Source: Macrostomum lignano (lineage: Eukaryota). Taken from it: DNA of 64,000 nucleotides. Position numbers and translations under genes: made by a program. Shown here in pieces: positions 1 through 22,221 of this stretch. Where the stretch lies: NCBI GenBank assembly GCA_002269645.1, contig NIVC01002216.1:1-64000 (forward strand). Reading direction: 5' to 3'. How positions within the stretch are numbered: the stretch's first letter is position 1; each line of letters begins with the position of its first letter. The notes below the pieces were generated by a model, which worked only from the letters and a program-made list of their open reading frames with translations, had not been told where the DNA came from and did not search any database.

Positions 1-3000
1 TCAGCCTCCACTTCTTGTTGAACAGGGCCCTCGCGATGGACTCTTTCTGACTGGCAGCGGCAGCCGCCGCGGCGGCAGCTTTCTTGCCTGCGGCCTTCTT
101 CTTGCCAGTCTTCTTGTCCTCCGATACTTTGGCGCCTCAGCCGCCGCAGCTGGCGCCTGTTTTGCTGGCTTCTTCTTAGACGGCTTGAGTCGGCGGGTCT
201 TGGCATCGGCCTTTCTGCCAGGCTCTGCAGCTGCTTCCGCGGCTGCTGGTGATTGGAAATGTCGAGTTGCCATGTTGCTTTTCAGTACAGAAATGCTCAA
301 CTAGAAAAGGTATCCCCGATTTTCCACACTCACCAGCCTGACTAAGTTCGACGGTATCGCGGCAGAGTTAGTTCCTCTACGTTGATGCTGAAGAGAATTC
401 ATGAAGATATTGGGCAGAGGTGCTCTCAAAAGCGGAAATTTGTATAAATAAATATAAGGCGGACTTACCTTCGCGGCTAACCTCCAGTGAGACTGACTGT
501 ACGCTGTCTTTGTGCACGACTCGGGCTAAAATTAGACAGCATTCGGTTTTTAAGGATACTGTGGAGTGAATTCAAAGGATGCATTTGTATTTATCCCAAT
601 GACTCGAATCAAGTATAGTTCTCGTGTCTGTCCCCAAAATATGGAATCGAAGTCAAGCCTCGTAAAATAGATAAGCTGCACTCACGAACTCTAAAGCTTC
701 TTTTGGCTTGGCCTGCTTCTCAGATTTTCGCCGCCAGAAGTTTTCTGCTCCTGCTGCTGACTAGGAGCAGCGGAGACAGCTGCGACTGACTGCTGTGGCT
801 GCATCTGCGCCAGCGCCGCCTCGGGATCGGCCTGGGCGTCGCCATTCGCCTGCTGCACCAGCCGCTCCTTTGGTGCTGATCACCCGGCGCCCGGTCTGCG
901 GGTCGATCACCACTACCAGATCGGTCGGCTGCAGGCCGCTCGAGCCGGGAGCGGCCAGCACTCTAAAATTTCGTCTGGCATCTCAATGCTTCGTTGGCAC
1001 CGGAGTCATGCATCCGTGTCGCAGCAGTCTTGGTAACTGCAATCGTGTAAATTTTTTTCATCCACATAAAAAAAGCGGTGACTAAATGCCAATCTAATGT
1101 GACTGAAGTAAAACTCACTGGCCGATATCAGGGCCGTCTTGATGGCATCTTTGAATTCGGCCTCCTCTTCTTGAGCTCTCAGCTCCTCATCAGCCTCCGC
1201 TTCCTCGTCATAGGCCTCATCATCGCCATCCTCTTCAGTTAGGCTACCGAGCTCCCGCTCCTCGCCAGCAGCCGATGCGTCGCCGGCAGCCGCCTCCGAG
1301 GCTTTTCCATGGAGTCGTCTTCCGGAACCTGACGAACGCCAACCCGCCGTCGACTCCGCTACGAGCGTCGCCTTTTCGTGGCGGTTGCCGCGGCGGCAGC
1401 GGCCGCGCGCAGCTTCTCGGCGCCCGACGACTTGGTGGATGGTCGCGGCGTTGCCGGCCTGTCCCCTCCGGCGCGGCGTCGCTGCTGAGACGGGATGCTG
1501 ATGGCCGCTGCGTCATGAGGTCGCCGCAATGGCATTCTGCAAAGTTGTTTCAGCGTTTGAGGACCGATGAGAATTGGGATTTGGTGGCATTCAGGTGGAT
1601 GGACTCGATGAGAGTCCGAGCATCAAGTGCAGTTTGGCACGAACCTTAAGTACCTTAAGTAGAATTATTTAGAGTAATCCTATTTTTTCGGATTTTTGTT
1701 GCGAAAGTGAAACTGAAGCTGAATGCTCATACAAATGAAGATAGGAAAGATAGAAGAAATCGAAGCAGTTTTACTTAAAAATAAAACACCAACCTTGAAT
1801 GAAAACTCCAGAAACAGAAAAACAAAAGTGCAGTTTTCTATTGCAACTAAAAGGATAATTATGAACGCAACAAAATATACAGTGACAGACAGGTCACAAG
1901 ACAAGACGTGCGCAAAGAGAACTGAAAGCAATATAGAGCCAGATGCAGCAGCAGTTACGCACTGGCTGCATTCTATTATCAGCTTTTCGGCGAAACTGCT
2001 GACGTAGATTTCGCTGCCACAATCGGTAGGCAACCTGAATGAACATGGTTCAGATTCATATTTATGAAAGTCTTGAAATTGGCGACGGTAATTTCACTAA
2101 AGTGTTATCTCTACTTAGCATACTACTTACCCAATTTTAGTCATGTAAAATTAGAAATCAAATAGAAAAAGCACCGGTTAAAGTACAACTTAGGACCGAT
2201 TCTCACCTGCACATCCTCTGCGATATCCTGCCCGGCCCTCTGGTTCTTGAGGACATTCTCGGCAACGTCCTCGCGTGCTGGTCAGCACCGACATCAGCTG
2301 GTCCTGGACTCAACGCCGCCACGTCGATTTGCTCCCCACCTGCATGGGCGTGAAATAGTGAAATAAAAAAATTTGCATTTCGTCTACTTGTAGTAGCTGA
2401 TGTTGCTAATCACTCTATTGCTTCTATGTTATAGCGGCAAAATAGTCAGCGCTGTACTTTTGATCTACAAATCAAAAAGCTATGAATGCCGTTATTGTTT
2501 TCTGACGAGTGAAATCAAATCCAATTTCCATTTAAAACAAACGCAAAATCAGACCAATCATACACAATAGTCAGTCGCTGACAATCTGCCAAAAATGGGA
2601 TGAGACATGAATAGCTGTCAGCTTCAAGCTTCTACTAATCTACAAAAATGCGAAAACAAGCGACACTGCACTGTGCAATAGAAGCGCGTGAATCAAGGTT
2701 AGTCGCTGTTATACGCTTCTATGCTATTCTATGCTTTGCCATGTCTGCTTTGTGCGCGGCAATGCGGCACTTACGAGTATGCTAAGACACATAAGACACA
2801 GGTTAGATAGTAGAAGCTGTGAACTCTCCATACTAGTAAATTCGTAAGCTTTGAAATGTTAGAACTTCAGCAGCCAATCGCGGCCGCGTTGAGGGAAGAA
2901 AACTTCGGCAGGCGAGCCTTAGTTACATTAGGGCTTAATTTGGGCGCACGCCGCTGGTGCATGCTTATCGATCCTGGCCTTACCCGGCCAGCGTGCGCTG

Positions 3001-6000
3001 GGCAATCACCCCTTGCCCCCAAGCTGCAGGTCCTGCCCCTCCTCACGCCTCCCGCCGCCTCAGCCTCGTCTCTCTCCGATTGGAGGGTTCGCGGCTCGGC
3101 GGTGAGGAGGCTCTTGAGGGACCGTCCGACAGCGGCCGTCCGCTGCCTTGGCGCCACAAGGAACCGTGGCATCGAATTCGCCTCCTTTCAGGTTGAACTC
3201 TGTGCGTGATTCATCCGGAGTCAATATATAAGGTGTAACTGATTATTATTTGGTATGTAGTACTCTCAATATGAGTCGTAACTTTTAATAAGTAAAATAA
3301 GTGGTGGTAGGCACACTCGGTGTTAAGTAAAACTAGTTGGTGTGAGCTCCTTTTCGACTCCAATTCAAGCAAGCCTTCAAATCAGGTAACAAAAGTAAAT
3401 GGCTTTGATGATGGTGCAAACGGCTGTTTTACTCAGGTTTGACAATAACTCGCTCGAATCCTGATTACTACAAAATTCTTTATAAATGTCTCAATACTGC
3501 AGTTAATACTGTTAGATGTTCACTCAACAACAGCATATACATTTATTATATGTAGGTTCACACCAACATGTTGTGCTTGAATGAAATAAAGGAATAAAGG
3601 AATGAAGTAAAGGTTGTTCATGACATTTGAGCTCCGAGTTCCTACCTCGCTTTACAGGCGATCGCGCTCTCAGGTTTCTTGCATCTGCAAGGTTGAAAAT
3701 GAATCCAATAGGTGAAAAACAGGTAAAACATGACCAATGCGAGTCAATAGACAGGCTGGGAGTTTAGCCAACAGAAGTAGAATTTGAGTTTGCTCACCCT
3801 GACGCGTTTTCCGTGTTTTCAGGCGAACGCTTGCCAGATCGTTTGAATCGGTGGAGGCGTCCTCTGTAATTGCAAGTTTGCGAGAAATAGCAATAGCGAC
3901 AGGTAAGCAGCGACAGGTACGCTTTCGCATACAGCAAAGAAAGCATTTGCGATAGCATTCAGATGCATTTTTCATAGAAAATTTTTGCTTGGCCAGTAAA
4001 AGTACTAAAACGTAAGACTAAGCATCAGTGCATGCTCCTTGCAACTCTGCACTCGATTTACACCCAAAAAAGATCAAACTCCTCATAAGACTTTCTGATT
4101 TTCGAGTAAGAGAGCTCTGCTTGACTTTGCTTTTTCGAGTTTTTAAGCAAATCACGCAGGAGCGGCGTTCTGCAGAAGCAAACCAAACAGAAGAGTCTTC
4201 CTCAGCCTCCTTCAGCCTCTCTATCGTGCAGCTTCATCAATGCTCCGATTGGCTTCTTGTGTGTGTTCAAGAAGTCTACACATCGCCTTTCCCTTCTCGT
4301 GAGAACCTGTTCTCAATGTTTGCCGCCGGTAAACACACCTGTCCCGTGGCTTAATTCACTTCAGAAAGATTCCTCGGCATTAACAAACTTTTACTTGTCG
4401 TTAATAACGCGATTTGCTAAGCTACCGTGCGGGCGCATCGACTGAATTGAATAATGGAAGCAATCGATGAATATTAAAATAATAAAACAAAGCGCAGGAC
4501 AGGAGAGCCAACAAGTCAACAGCGAAATTTGTTTCAATATGCAATACAGCATCCAGCAAAGCGGTTTCGCCATGACAGGAATGATCAACTCACAGACTCA
4601 AGGAGCCTCTCAGCTCAGCCTAAATTCTGATTGCTGAGATTGTATAGTGGGCCACTTTATCCATGCTAAAAAAGGAAGGAAAGAAGAAAAATAACGCAGT
4701 TGGAAGGAAATCCCTTTTGCGGACTGATCAGTCTGAGGGGGAGGTGGATGGCGCCACAGGGCCTTGGCGCGCGTGCCGTAACCAGGAAGATGGGGAAGGG
4801 ATGCTGAAAGGCGCACTCTAGTGACTGGGTTTGTGAGATTAAACTGCTTATACATACGGCTAGCAACACACTTGACAATAGTGCTTAGGGGGAGGTGAAC
4901 CGTAATCTTTTATCCCGGTTTTTTAATCCCTTCGTCCTTCTTATTTGCCGGCTTTTTGTTGCAGCGCTACAGCGTGCTGAATCCTGTATTTTAAGTCCGT
5001 CAAATATATTAAATTCATATGCGACGGCTGATTGACAGTGTTTTAGGACGGTTGATATAATGTGTTGAGCGACACTAACGTAAGAGTGCAACCACACTTT
5101 CCAGAAGATTCAGAAGGATCGATTTCAACTAAGAGCACCGGCTTCTTTTTTGTAGATTTGAAGAAAAAGAAGCGTTTCAACCGCTCCCCTTCTCTTTGCA
5201 CTCCCCTTTGTTCTTCAACTTTGACTGACCCTTGCGGTCAAACTTAGCTGCAGTGGATGTGCTCCCGTGTCATGAGGGGATGGGCAGAAAGACCGAAAAC
5301 TGGAAAAGAGGACAAAGGGACCGTGCCGAGAGAGGAAGGTGTAATCAAGTCGTTTCATGCATATTTGATGCCTGGAAGGAGAACGGGAATTCTACACGCC
5401 CACATGACGTCCGATAGCCATCACCGCTTGGCTCTTGTATGGTATTTTACAGCTGGAACATTAACATGAGATTGTCCCTCAAATTCTATTTACTATATTA
5501 ATGCCTGCGCGGCGCCAATGGAGCAGCAGTCGTAGAGCCTAGAAGATGCTTAAAAATAGAAAATTTTATCTATGAGCAGAAATCTATGCGTATATTGAGA
5601 CGCATTCGTGCTCACCAGTCCGTGGATGAAATATAGGCTAGTGAGCACAGATGCAGAGTGAGAGAAATAGACTGAAACAGACAATTAAAAAAATTATTCC
5701 GCACAAAGAAGCCGCTGGGAGTCGCAAAGCCTAAGCATGGCTCTGTGCCATCGCTGTCTCGGAGCACTGAAGAGAGACAGCAGGGTGGCGGTAGGGCCGC
5801 TGTGTATGGTAGAGAGGCTGGACAATCGGAAAAAAAGATAAACATGGCTGCAAAAGGTACAACAGTTGAAAGGAAACAGGTCTGTGTTGCTCAGGCGCAC
5901 ACCTGGTCAAAGGTAAAGCAGAAGAAAGGGCTTATGTGAAGCTCTTGTACAGAAGAAGATTCGAATTTTTTTTGGAGACTATGGAGGCGGTAAAACACCC

Positions 6001-6291
6001 CGCAGCGCTCGCCTTAGCAACTCTCAGCTACTCTATCTACTCATATACGCTATAGATAGAGCATTGGCGGCATGCACAGTGCATTTAGAACCCACCATCG
6101 GCAGTTGAGACTCGCGATTCCGGCTCTGTTCCAAGGAACAAATCCGCCGTTTTCGGCTGAACACCTCGACCAGAGTCTGAGAAAGAATGTTGGTTTCGGT
6201 TAGGTTACACTTTGACGTCGAAAGTGATTCCATAGTTGTAGTTACGAATACTTTTAGATAAAAGCATACCTGCTTTCTGCTGCTGCTCTGC

Positions 6292-6341
<50 letters not shown>

Positions 6342-8095
6342 AAAGGCGACTGTTGAGGCCTTCTTCGCTGAGAAAAATTGCCCCACACACCGCGTGCTCT
6401 TGGCATGCTGCCAAACAGCTGAGGACCACTGCGGGCTGCACGTTTTTACATTCCAAAGATTCGAAAACTCGCTTTGAATTCTAAAAAGAGGCGTGGGCAC
6501 TTTTATCAATTGCACTCTTACCTGGACCTTCGAATGGCAGCTCCATCACTCGGTCGGCTGCCTCCCTGCGAGTTGTGTCGCCCTCAGCATCTTCTTCACG
6601 CTGTCGATACTTGCTGTCGCATCAAGCGACACCGCCAACCGAGGAAGTTTCGGCCTCCGTCCGGATCCACCGTCTTCATGATCGCCAGTCCGAAGACCTC
6701 TAGTGGCATCGCGGCTGGTCTTCTACTAGTGGTGGTAGAAACCCACCTCTGCCGTCGTCCGGCCTCGCCGGTCGCTCCCAGTCAGGGGGTTCGAATTCCG
6801 GACCAAAGTGCTCGCCTTGCATGGCAAGACTGCCGCCTCCACCAGCGCCGGAGCGCCTTGCCCGCTGCTGCAGTATTCGTTGCCGGCGCACGTTTTTATC
6901 CTGCAGACGCTTTTGACGAATCCTTTCGAAAATTCGTTCGTCCTCTGGCGAGAACTCTTCCCTTGTGACTCCACCGGCGCCGCTGTCCCCCTCTTCGCGT
7001 AGCGCGTTTGTGTCACGATCCAGCAGGCTGCGGACCGCGTGCACCATGTCGAAGGGGCCTTCACCTGAAGAGGCGTCGGCTGGGCCTTCGCCGGACTCAG
7101 AGGCTTTCGCTTCCTGGACGGTGGGTTGGAAGAAGAGAGCACAAGCTCAGTGGACGCATGTAAAAACATCGTAGAGTTCTAGTAGAAAACTCACTTTCAA
7201 TAAAATATTTTTTTAAATAATCTGTTTTCCTGAACTGTGCTTCGATATAAAAAACTTGAAATTAGTCTTGTTGATTAATGCGCAAATGCGAGAGAAGCAA
7301 CTGGTACCTGTGCTCGAGATAAGCCGTAGTTGAGCGCCGACTTTACCAGTAGTTTTGATAGAATCCCTTTTTGCGTCTCTTTGTCTAGCTCAGAGTACTT
7401 CACAAGCTCCGCTTTGTCTTCCGAAAACACCTGGATGTCGCCTCGGCTGAGACCGTCATCTTTAAGGGGTGTGAAAGTGATTGAATGCATGTAGGTGCAG
7501 CAAATTCAAGAAAAAGAGCATTATAAAAACATTGCAGAAAACTCACCGGACACCTCTTTCTTACTCCAAATAAAAGAGTACTCGTTAAGCGGCCCCGGTG
7601 CAATCAGCATCTGTTTCACGATTCGGTATGGTGCCGGGTACTCGCTGAGGTTGTCGTTTGCACGTTTCTTGAGATGGGGCAGGAAAGCGTTGGTCTGGAA
7701 GATGGTCTTCTCCGATAGCTTTCCCAGGCTTAGCCATGTGTTCACCGTGTCCTCGTCCAAGGTTTGGTCCAGGAGGCCAGGTAACGTCGGGCGGAGAATC
7801 CAGGTCGGACAACTTTTGGCTCTTGGCTGGATGTTGACGTCATCTGTTGTATGTCCAAGCATACTGATTCGTTTCCTTTGGAACCGAAGTTTAGCACTGT
7901 ACTAGCCAACTCGTCCACCGTGATGGCGGAGAAGGTTCCCTCTGACTGATCTGCGCTGTCGACACTGGAACTTAACCGTCGACCCAGGTGTCGCCTGTGC
8001 TTCTTTAGAACATGTCTCGCCTTTAGGTTCTCAGATACGATGGACAGATTTCCCTTTTTTGAGGTGACCGTTTTCGGAATTGCAATGGTTGCCAT
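1..8095 (-). CDS. Multi-exon gene for an unidentified low-complexity (Ala/Lys/Glu-rich) protein. It runs off the left edge and has several apparent 1-nt frameshifts (assembly error or pseudogene).
   Basis: ATG at 8095 (MATIAIPK...). Phase-consistent GT-AG exons: 7547-8095, 7308-7459 (DDGLSRGDIQVFSEDK...SRAQ), 6522-7113 (EAKASESGEG...FDMVHAVRSLL), 6270-6367 (KKASTVAF-A15-TEQSSSRKQ), 2207-2339, 1119-1644 (acidic ...EEEAEFKDAIKTALISA), 686-962 and <1-300. Further probable exons near 5080-5235, 4030-4260 and 2982-3190. The protein-like frame jumps at homopolymers near 128-130, 725-728 and 869-871. No family recognised. Confidence 0.6.
6297..6341 (-). repeat. (GCA)15 trinucleotide repeat encoding poly-alanine
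   Basis: 15 TGC units on +. They lie inside the minus-strand exon 6270-6367 (acceptor tttttctcag, donor gtatgc), whose phases match the upstream exon. Confidence 0.8.
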
Positions 8096-10069
8096 GTGTA
8101 GTGAAAATTTTAATCAGCTGGGAAAACCAGCTGCATAAGTGAAAGAGGAGTCTGAAGTTTTCACTATGACAGCCAAGTTGCGCCAGAGTTAAGAAACGAC
8201 TGGCGGGCGATGAGTTCAACCCCTGAGCAGATTTTCAAATTAAAAGTCGAGTTCGATTGTTACGCCACTAAAGATGATTTTGAAAAACAAACTAGAAAAA
8301 TTCGATTAGTTTACTTTGCTGGTAGCATCTTAATTAGAATATTTCATGCGTAAAAACATTTAAAAGTTTTGTTTTACTTTTACCTCAAACTTGCTTCAAA
8401 TTTAGAGCGCGTGCAGCATTTTTTTAATTTAAAAAGTTGTGTGCTGGTTATATACAGAATATTTAAAACTATATTATTTTTTAAACTATATTTCAAATTT
8501 AAAGATGCTGAAATAAAAAAATGCAATAAAAAATTATTTTAAAACCTATAGAGAAATTGAACTATACGAAATTCACAGAAAGCGCAGTTGTAAAGCGTAA
8601 ATAATTAGGGAGATTTATTATGAAAATTTTGTCGCTAGTGTTTGATGACTACGAATGCTATTTTAAAAAATGAATTTAATTAATAAAAGTCAAACTAATA
8701 GAAAAAAAGGAACATCAGCATTTAGCTTCGAAGTTAAGCATAAATTCAATGCATAAAATTTAAAGGACCATGTAACTGTCCTTGCAAAATGCATTAATGC
8801 AATGTACGTCTTGATTTTAGTCTTGTAATATTAAAATTCTGATGTCCGTTAAATAATTTAATAATATTGATGCACAATTGTTATGTTGGATTTCAGTTGG
8901 CTATGCGTTTTACGTATGGTTGACAATTTGACTAATGTTGAGTAAGATACAGAAAACAGTTTATCTGTATATATTTATTTAATTGTTTGCAATTTAGCTG
9001 AAGCAAAGGAAATATTTATAGTGTGAGAAATTCTAAGTGCAAAACAGTTAATGTACACGTATCTTTGCAGTACGTGTTTGGCAGGACAAAAACAGCTTAT
9101 CATGCTCCCACCACAATTCATTCAGACTATAAATTCATCTAAAACAGATTTGCGAAAACAATTGTTTGTTTGTTGGACTTTACAGCAACTTTAAACATGT
9201 ATTTAGCTAATGTACGAGCTACCAGTACGTGGGATTGTTGGACCCTGGCACACTATGGAAATCATATATTATTATTTACATGCGATTCTAAGCATGCGAG
9301 CCACCCCAGTTTGTTCCACGACAATGAATTTCAATCTTGAAATATCAATTTGTAAAATTCTTTCTTAGGTCAAAGTCGGAGCACCGTCTATCCCACAGAA
9401 TACCTGGTCTATCCAGTCTTGGTGTTTGGCTAAGCCATAGCTGTCCTGTACGCCAGCGCAACCACCCACATACAGAAATTGCAAGACTCCCCCCACCTCA
9501 CTTCCTAACTGAATCCCCACGCCAGCAGATCGGGAAAGCAGTTCGGGATCAACTGTCCACGCGTGGGGATTGTTATATTGGCAACAGCAACAGCTGCTAC
9601 TCAAAAAACGCGTCTTTCTGTCTCCTGCTCTTTCTGTGCTCTTTTACGAGCCACACTTCGATCCCTGCTCAGCTCCAGAGGGACGTGCAAGGCTTAAACG
9701 TACTCTTTCCTTTTCTACTCTCTCGCTGGCAAAGAAGGGGAAATATGGCACACAAGTCGGATCCTACGCCGCCCATGAGAGGCAAACCGTTAAAGCGAAT
9801 CCCTGCCAAAACCTACCTCACCTCGAATTGTCTAATAGCTATCCACTTTAATCCCCATTCGTGCCTCTACGTCGCTCATGCGTCTAGAAGAATCATTTTT
9901 TTACAAGTCTCACCTCAGCACAGAGAAATCATAAATCTGAGAAGACCCCAGCAATGAATTTGAGAAGCTTACGTCCAAGCATATCCCAGAAATCTCAACA
10001 GTGAATTTTACCCCGCTGATCAAACACGCACAATAGCTACCAGCGTTGAAGCAGCAAAAATCTTCACTC

Positions 10070-20514
<10,445 letters not shown>

Positions 20515-21584
20515 AGTGAACGGCGGCCTCGGTTGAAATGCTGGAGACGAATTGGAAATTGCAACCAGTTACGAATCAATGAGACTAATTACCAACACTA
20601 CACACAGCAGACGCTTGTACCTTAGACAATTGAAGTACTGGGACGCTAAACATTGTGTTTTCTTAGAAATCAGCTGGACGCCGATCAGGAATGCATTTAG
20701 TTTGGTCTCAAGAAATCCGATGCTAATTAGTTTATGGCTAAACCTATAATTCAGTGTGTTATGCGTTCTCTGGTCCTCTCTTGATATCACAGAATTTACA
20801 GAAAGTTCTGTGCTTGATATTACTGTTACATTATTTTAATTAAAATTACACTATAGACAGTTTTGTGCTTTCAAACTTGTTCAGCTTCCATAACGCCTTG
20901 CTAGTAATAGTTAACCTACAGAAAGGGCTGCATATGTATGTACGAGTATACTCAGCAACATAGAAAAGTCGGCACTCTATACGCCAGTGAGCAATTAGTC
21001 TTGGACTATTCTGAAATAAAGATACGAGAAAACTGATCGGAGTAGCTTAAATCCGTCCAACCCTCTTCATTTTTCCCTCTTCATTCCTCAACTCAAGTCT
21101 GCCTCAAGCGGCTGAGTTGCGTCACTCGCAAAGATTGAGAGACTTTTCGATGTTGCTGAGTAAATACAATCCTTGTCGGTTCTTTTGATCCCTATAAAAT
21201 TGAAAAAAAAATTTGTAACTCCCGAAATGAATTATTGATTCAGTCTTTGAACACAGCTTCTTTGCTGGTATAATGCTTAATTTGAGTTTTCAGATAATAA
21301 ATACAATGTTGTCTTTAACGATGTGATGATTGCGAGAATGTTAATGATTGACGATTTACTCATCAATCGCTGATTGAAAAAAGACATTTGTTCCAAGAAG
21401 CAGCAAGCAATGAGTGAAGTACTCGTGATCTTTTCTGCAGTCGATTGGTTGATTGTGATTTCTGTGGTATGGATTGGCGTTCGCAATTTTTCTCTTTAAA
21501 TACTCTTTGAACGCCCCCATGTGATCAAATGATTTTTTTGCTGCACTCCGCAACATGCTAAACTTTCCACCCTGAAACCAGTGG

Positions 21585-21780
21585 TCAACTCACGATGTCA
21601 AGGCTCACGAGGGGACATTGCTGAGATGTCAAGGCTGACGGAGGGGAATTGCTGAGATTTCAAGACTGACGGGGGGAATTGCTGAGATGTCAAGGCTGAG
21701 GTCAGAAGCTAAATGTAGTTTATTAAAAAAATGTATTCCATTCTTTGTTGGCTCCCAACGGGGAGGGCGCTGATTGCTAG
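21585..21780 (+). mobile_element. Short internally deleted or 5'-truncated non-autonomous Helitron copy (3-4 central repeats plus the 3' end)
   Basis: 21699-21780 closely matches the reverse complement of 59625-59704. It includes the hairpin CTCCC-AACG-GGGAG 11 nt before the terminal CTAG (21777-21780). It is preceded by GCTGAGATGTCAAGG units identical to the central repeat of the 59.6-kb element. Confidence 0.75.
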
Positions 21781-22080
21781 ACACTTTTCCTCAGATCTCA
21801 CGAGTGACGCAATTTACACTACGGCCGCGGTTCTCGTTTCAATTGTGTGGGTGATGCAGTTTGCGTCCCAAGGCCCCTAGGCGAGGAGAGAGTAAGGAGA
21901 GTTGGCTCTCTTTTGTACTCATGAAACGGTGACGTTCAATCCAAGTACAGCCCCGTCAGTTTTTATATCAAGCGTACAGTTTAAAGGAGAAGGTGGGTGT
22001 CGTATTCAATACAGTCAATAAATTTGGTAACTCCAACTAAATCTATTATTGATTTCGCGCTGAGCTCTGTAGAGGCAGAG

Positions 22081-22155
22081 GTCACGTGACTTCATGCAAT
22101 TGGCTCACCGCGACTCATACGCTTGTAAAAGTGTGTGGCTATTAAATAAGGCTTC
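22081..22155 (+). promoter_or_regulatory. Candidate promoter of the actin-like gene (palindromic E-box GTCACGTGAC and TATA-like TATTAAATAA)
   Basis: GTCACGTGAC at 22081-22090 and an AT box at ~22140, 70-140 nt upstream of ATG 22222. Motif match only. Confidence 0.3.
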
Positions 22156-22221
22156 TTATTCTATCATATTAACTTAAGAGTTATTGACGGAGCGACATAC
22201 TTGTTGCAGCTGCTAGCAGGC

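Noticed and set aside
1-300. Histone H1-like protein
   Set aside because: Only K/A/P compositional similarity. There is no globular H1 domain, the TTG start is a splice acceptor, and this is an internal exon of the larger minus-strand gene.
2502-2516. Minimal hammerhead ribozyme core (CTGACGA-GT-GAAA)
   Set aside because: No stem II, and no flanking stems I/III or cleavage triplet could be formed.
9337-9957. 206-aa ORF upstream of the ClC gene
   Set aside because: TTG start, no recognisable domain, no phase-compatible link to the ClC exons, and all three frames look equally non-specific.
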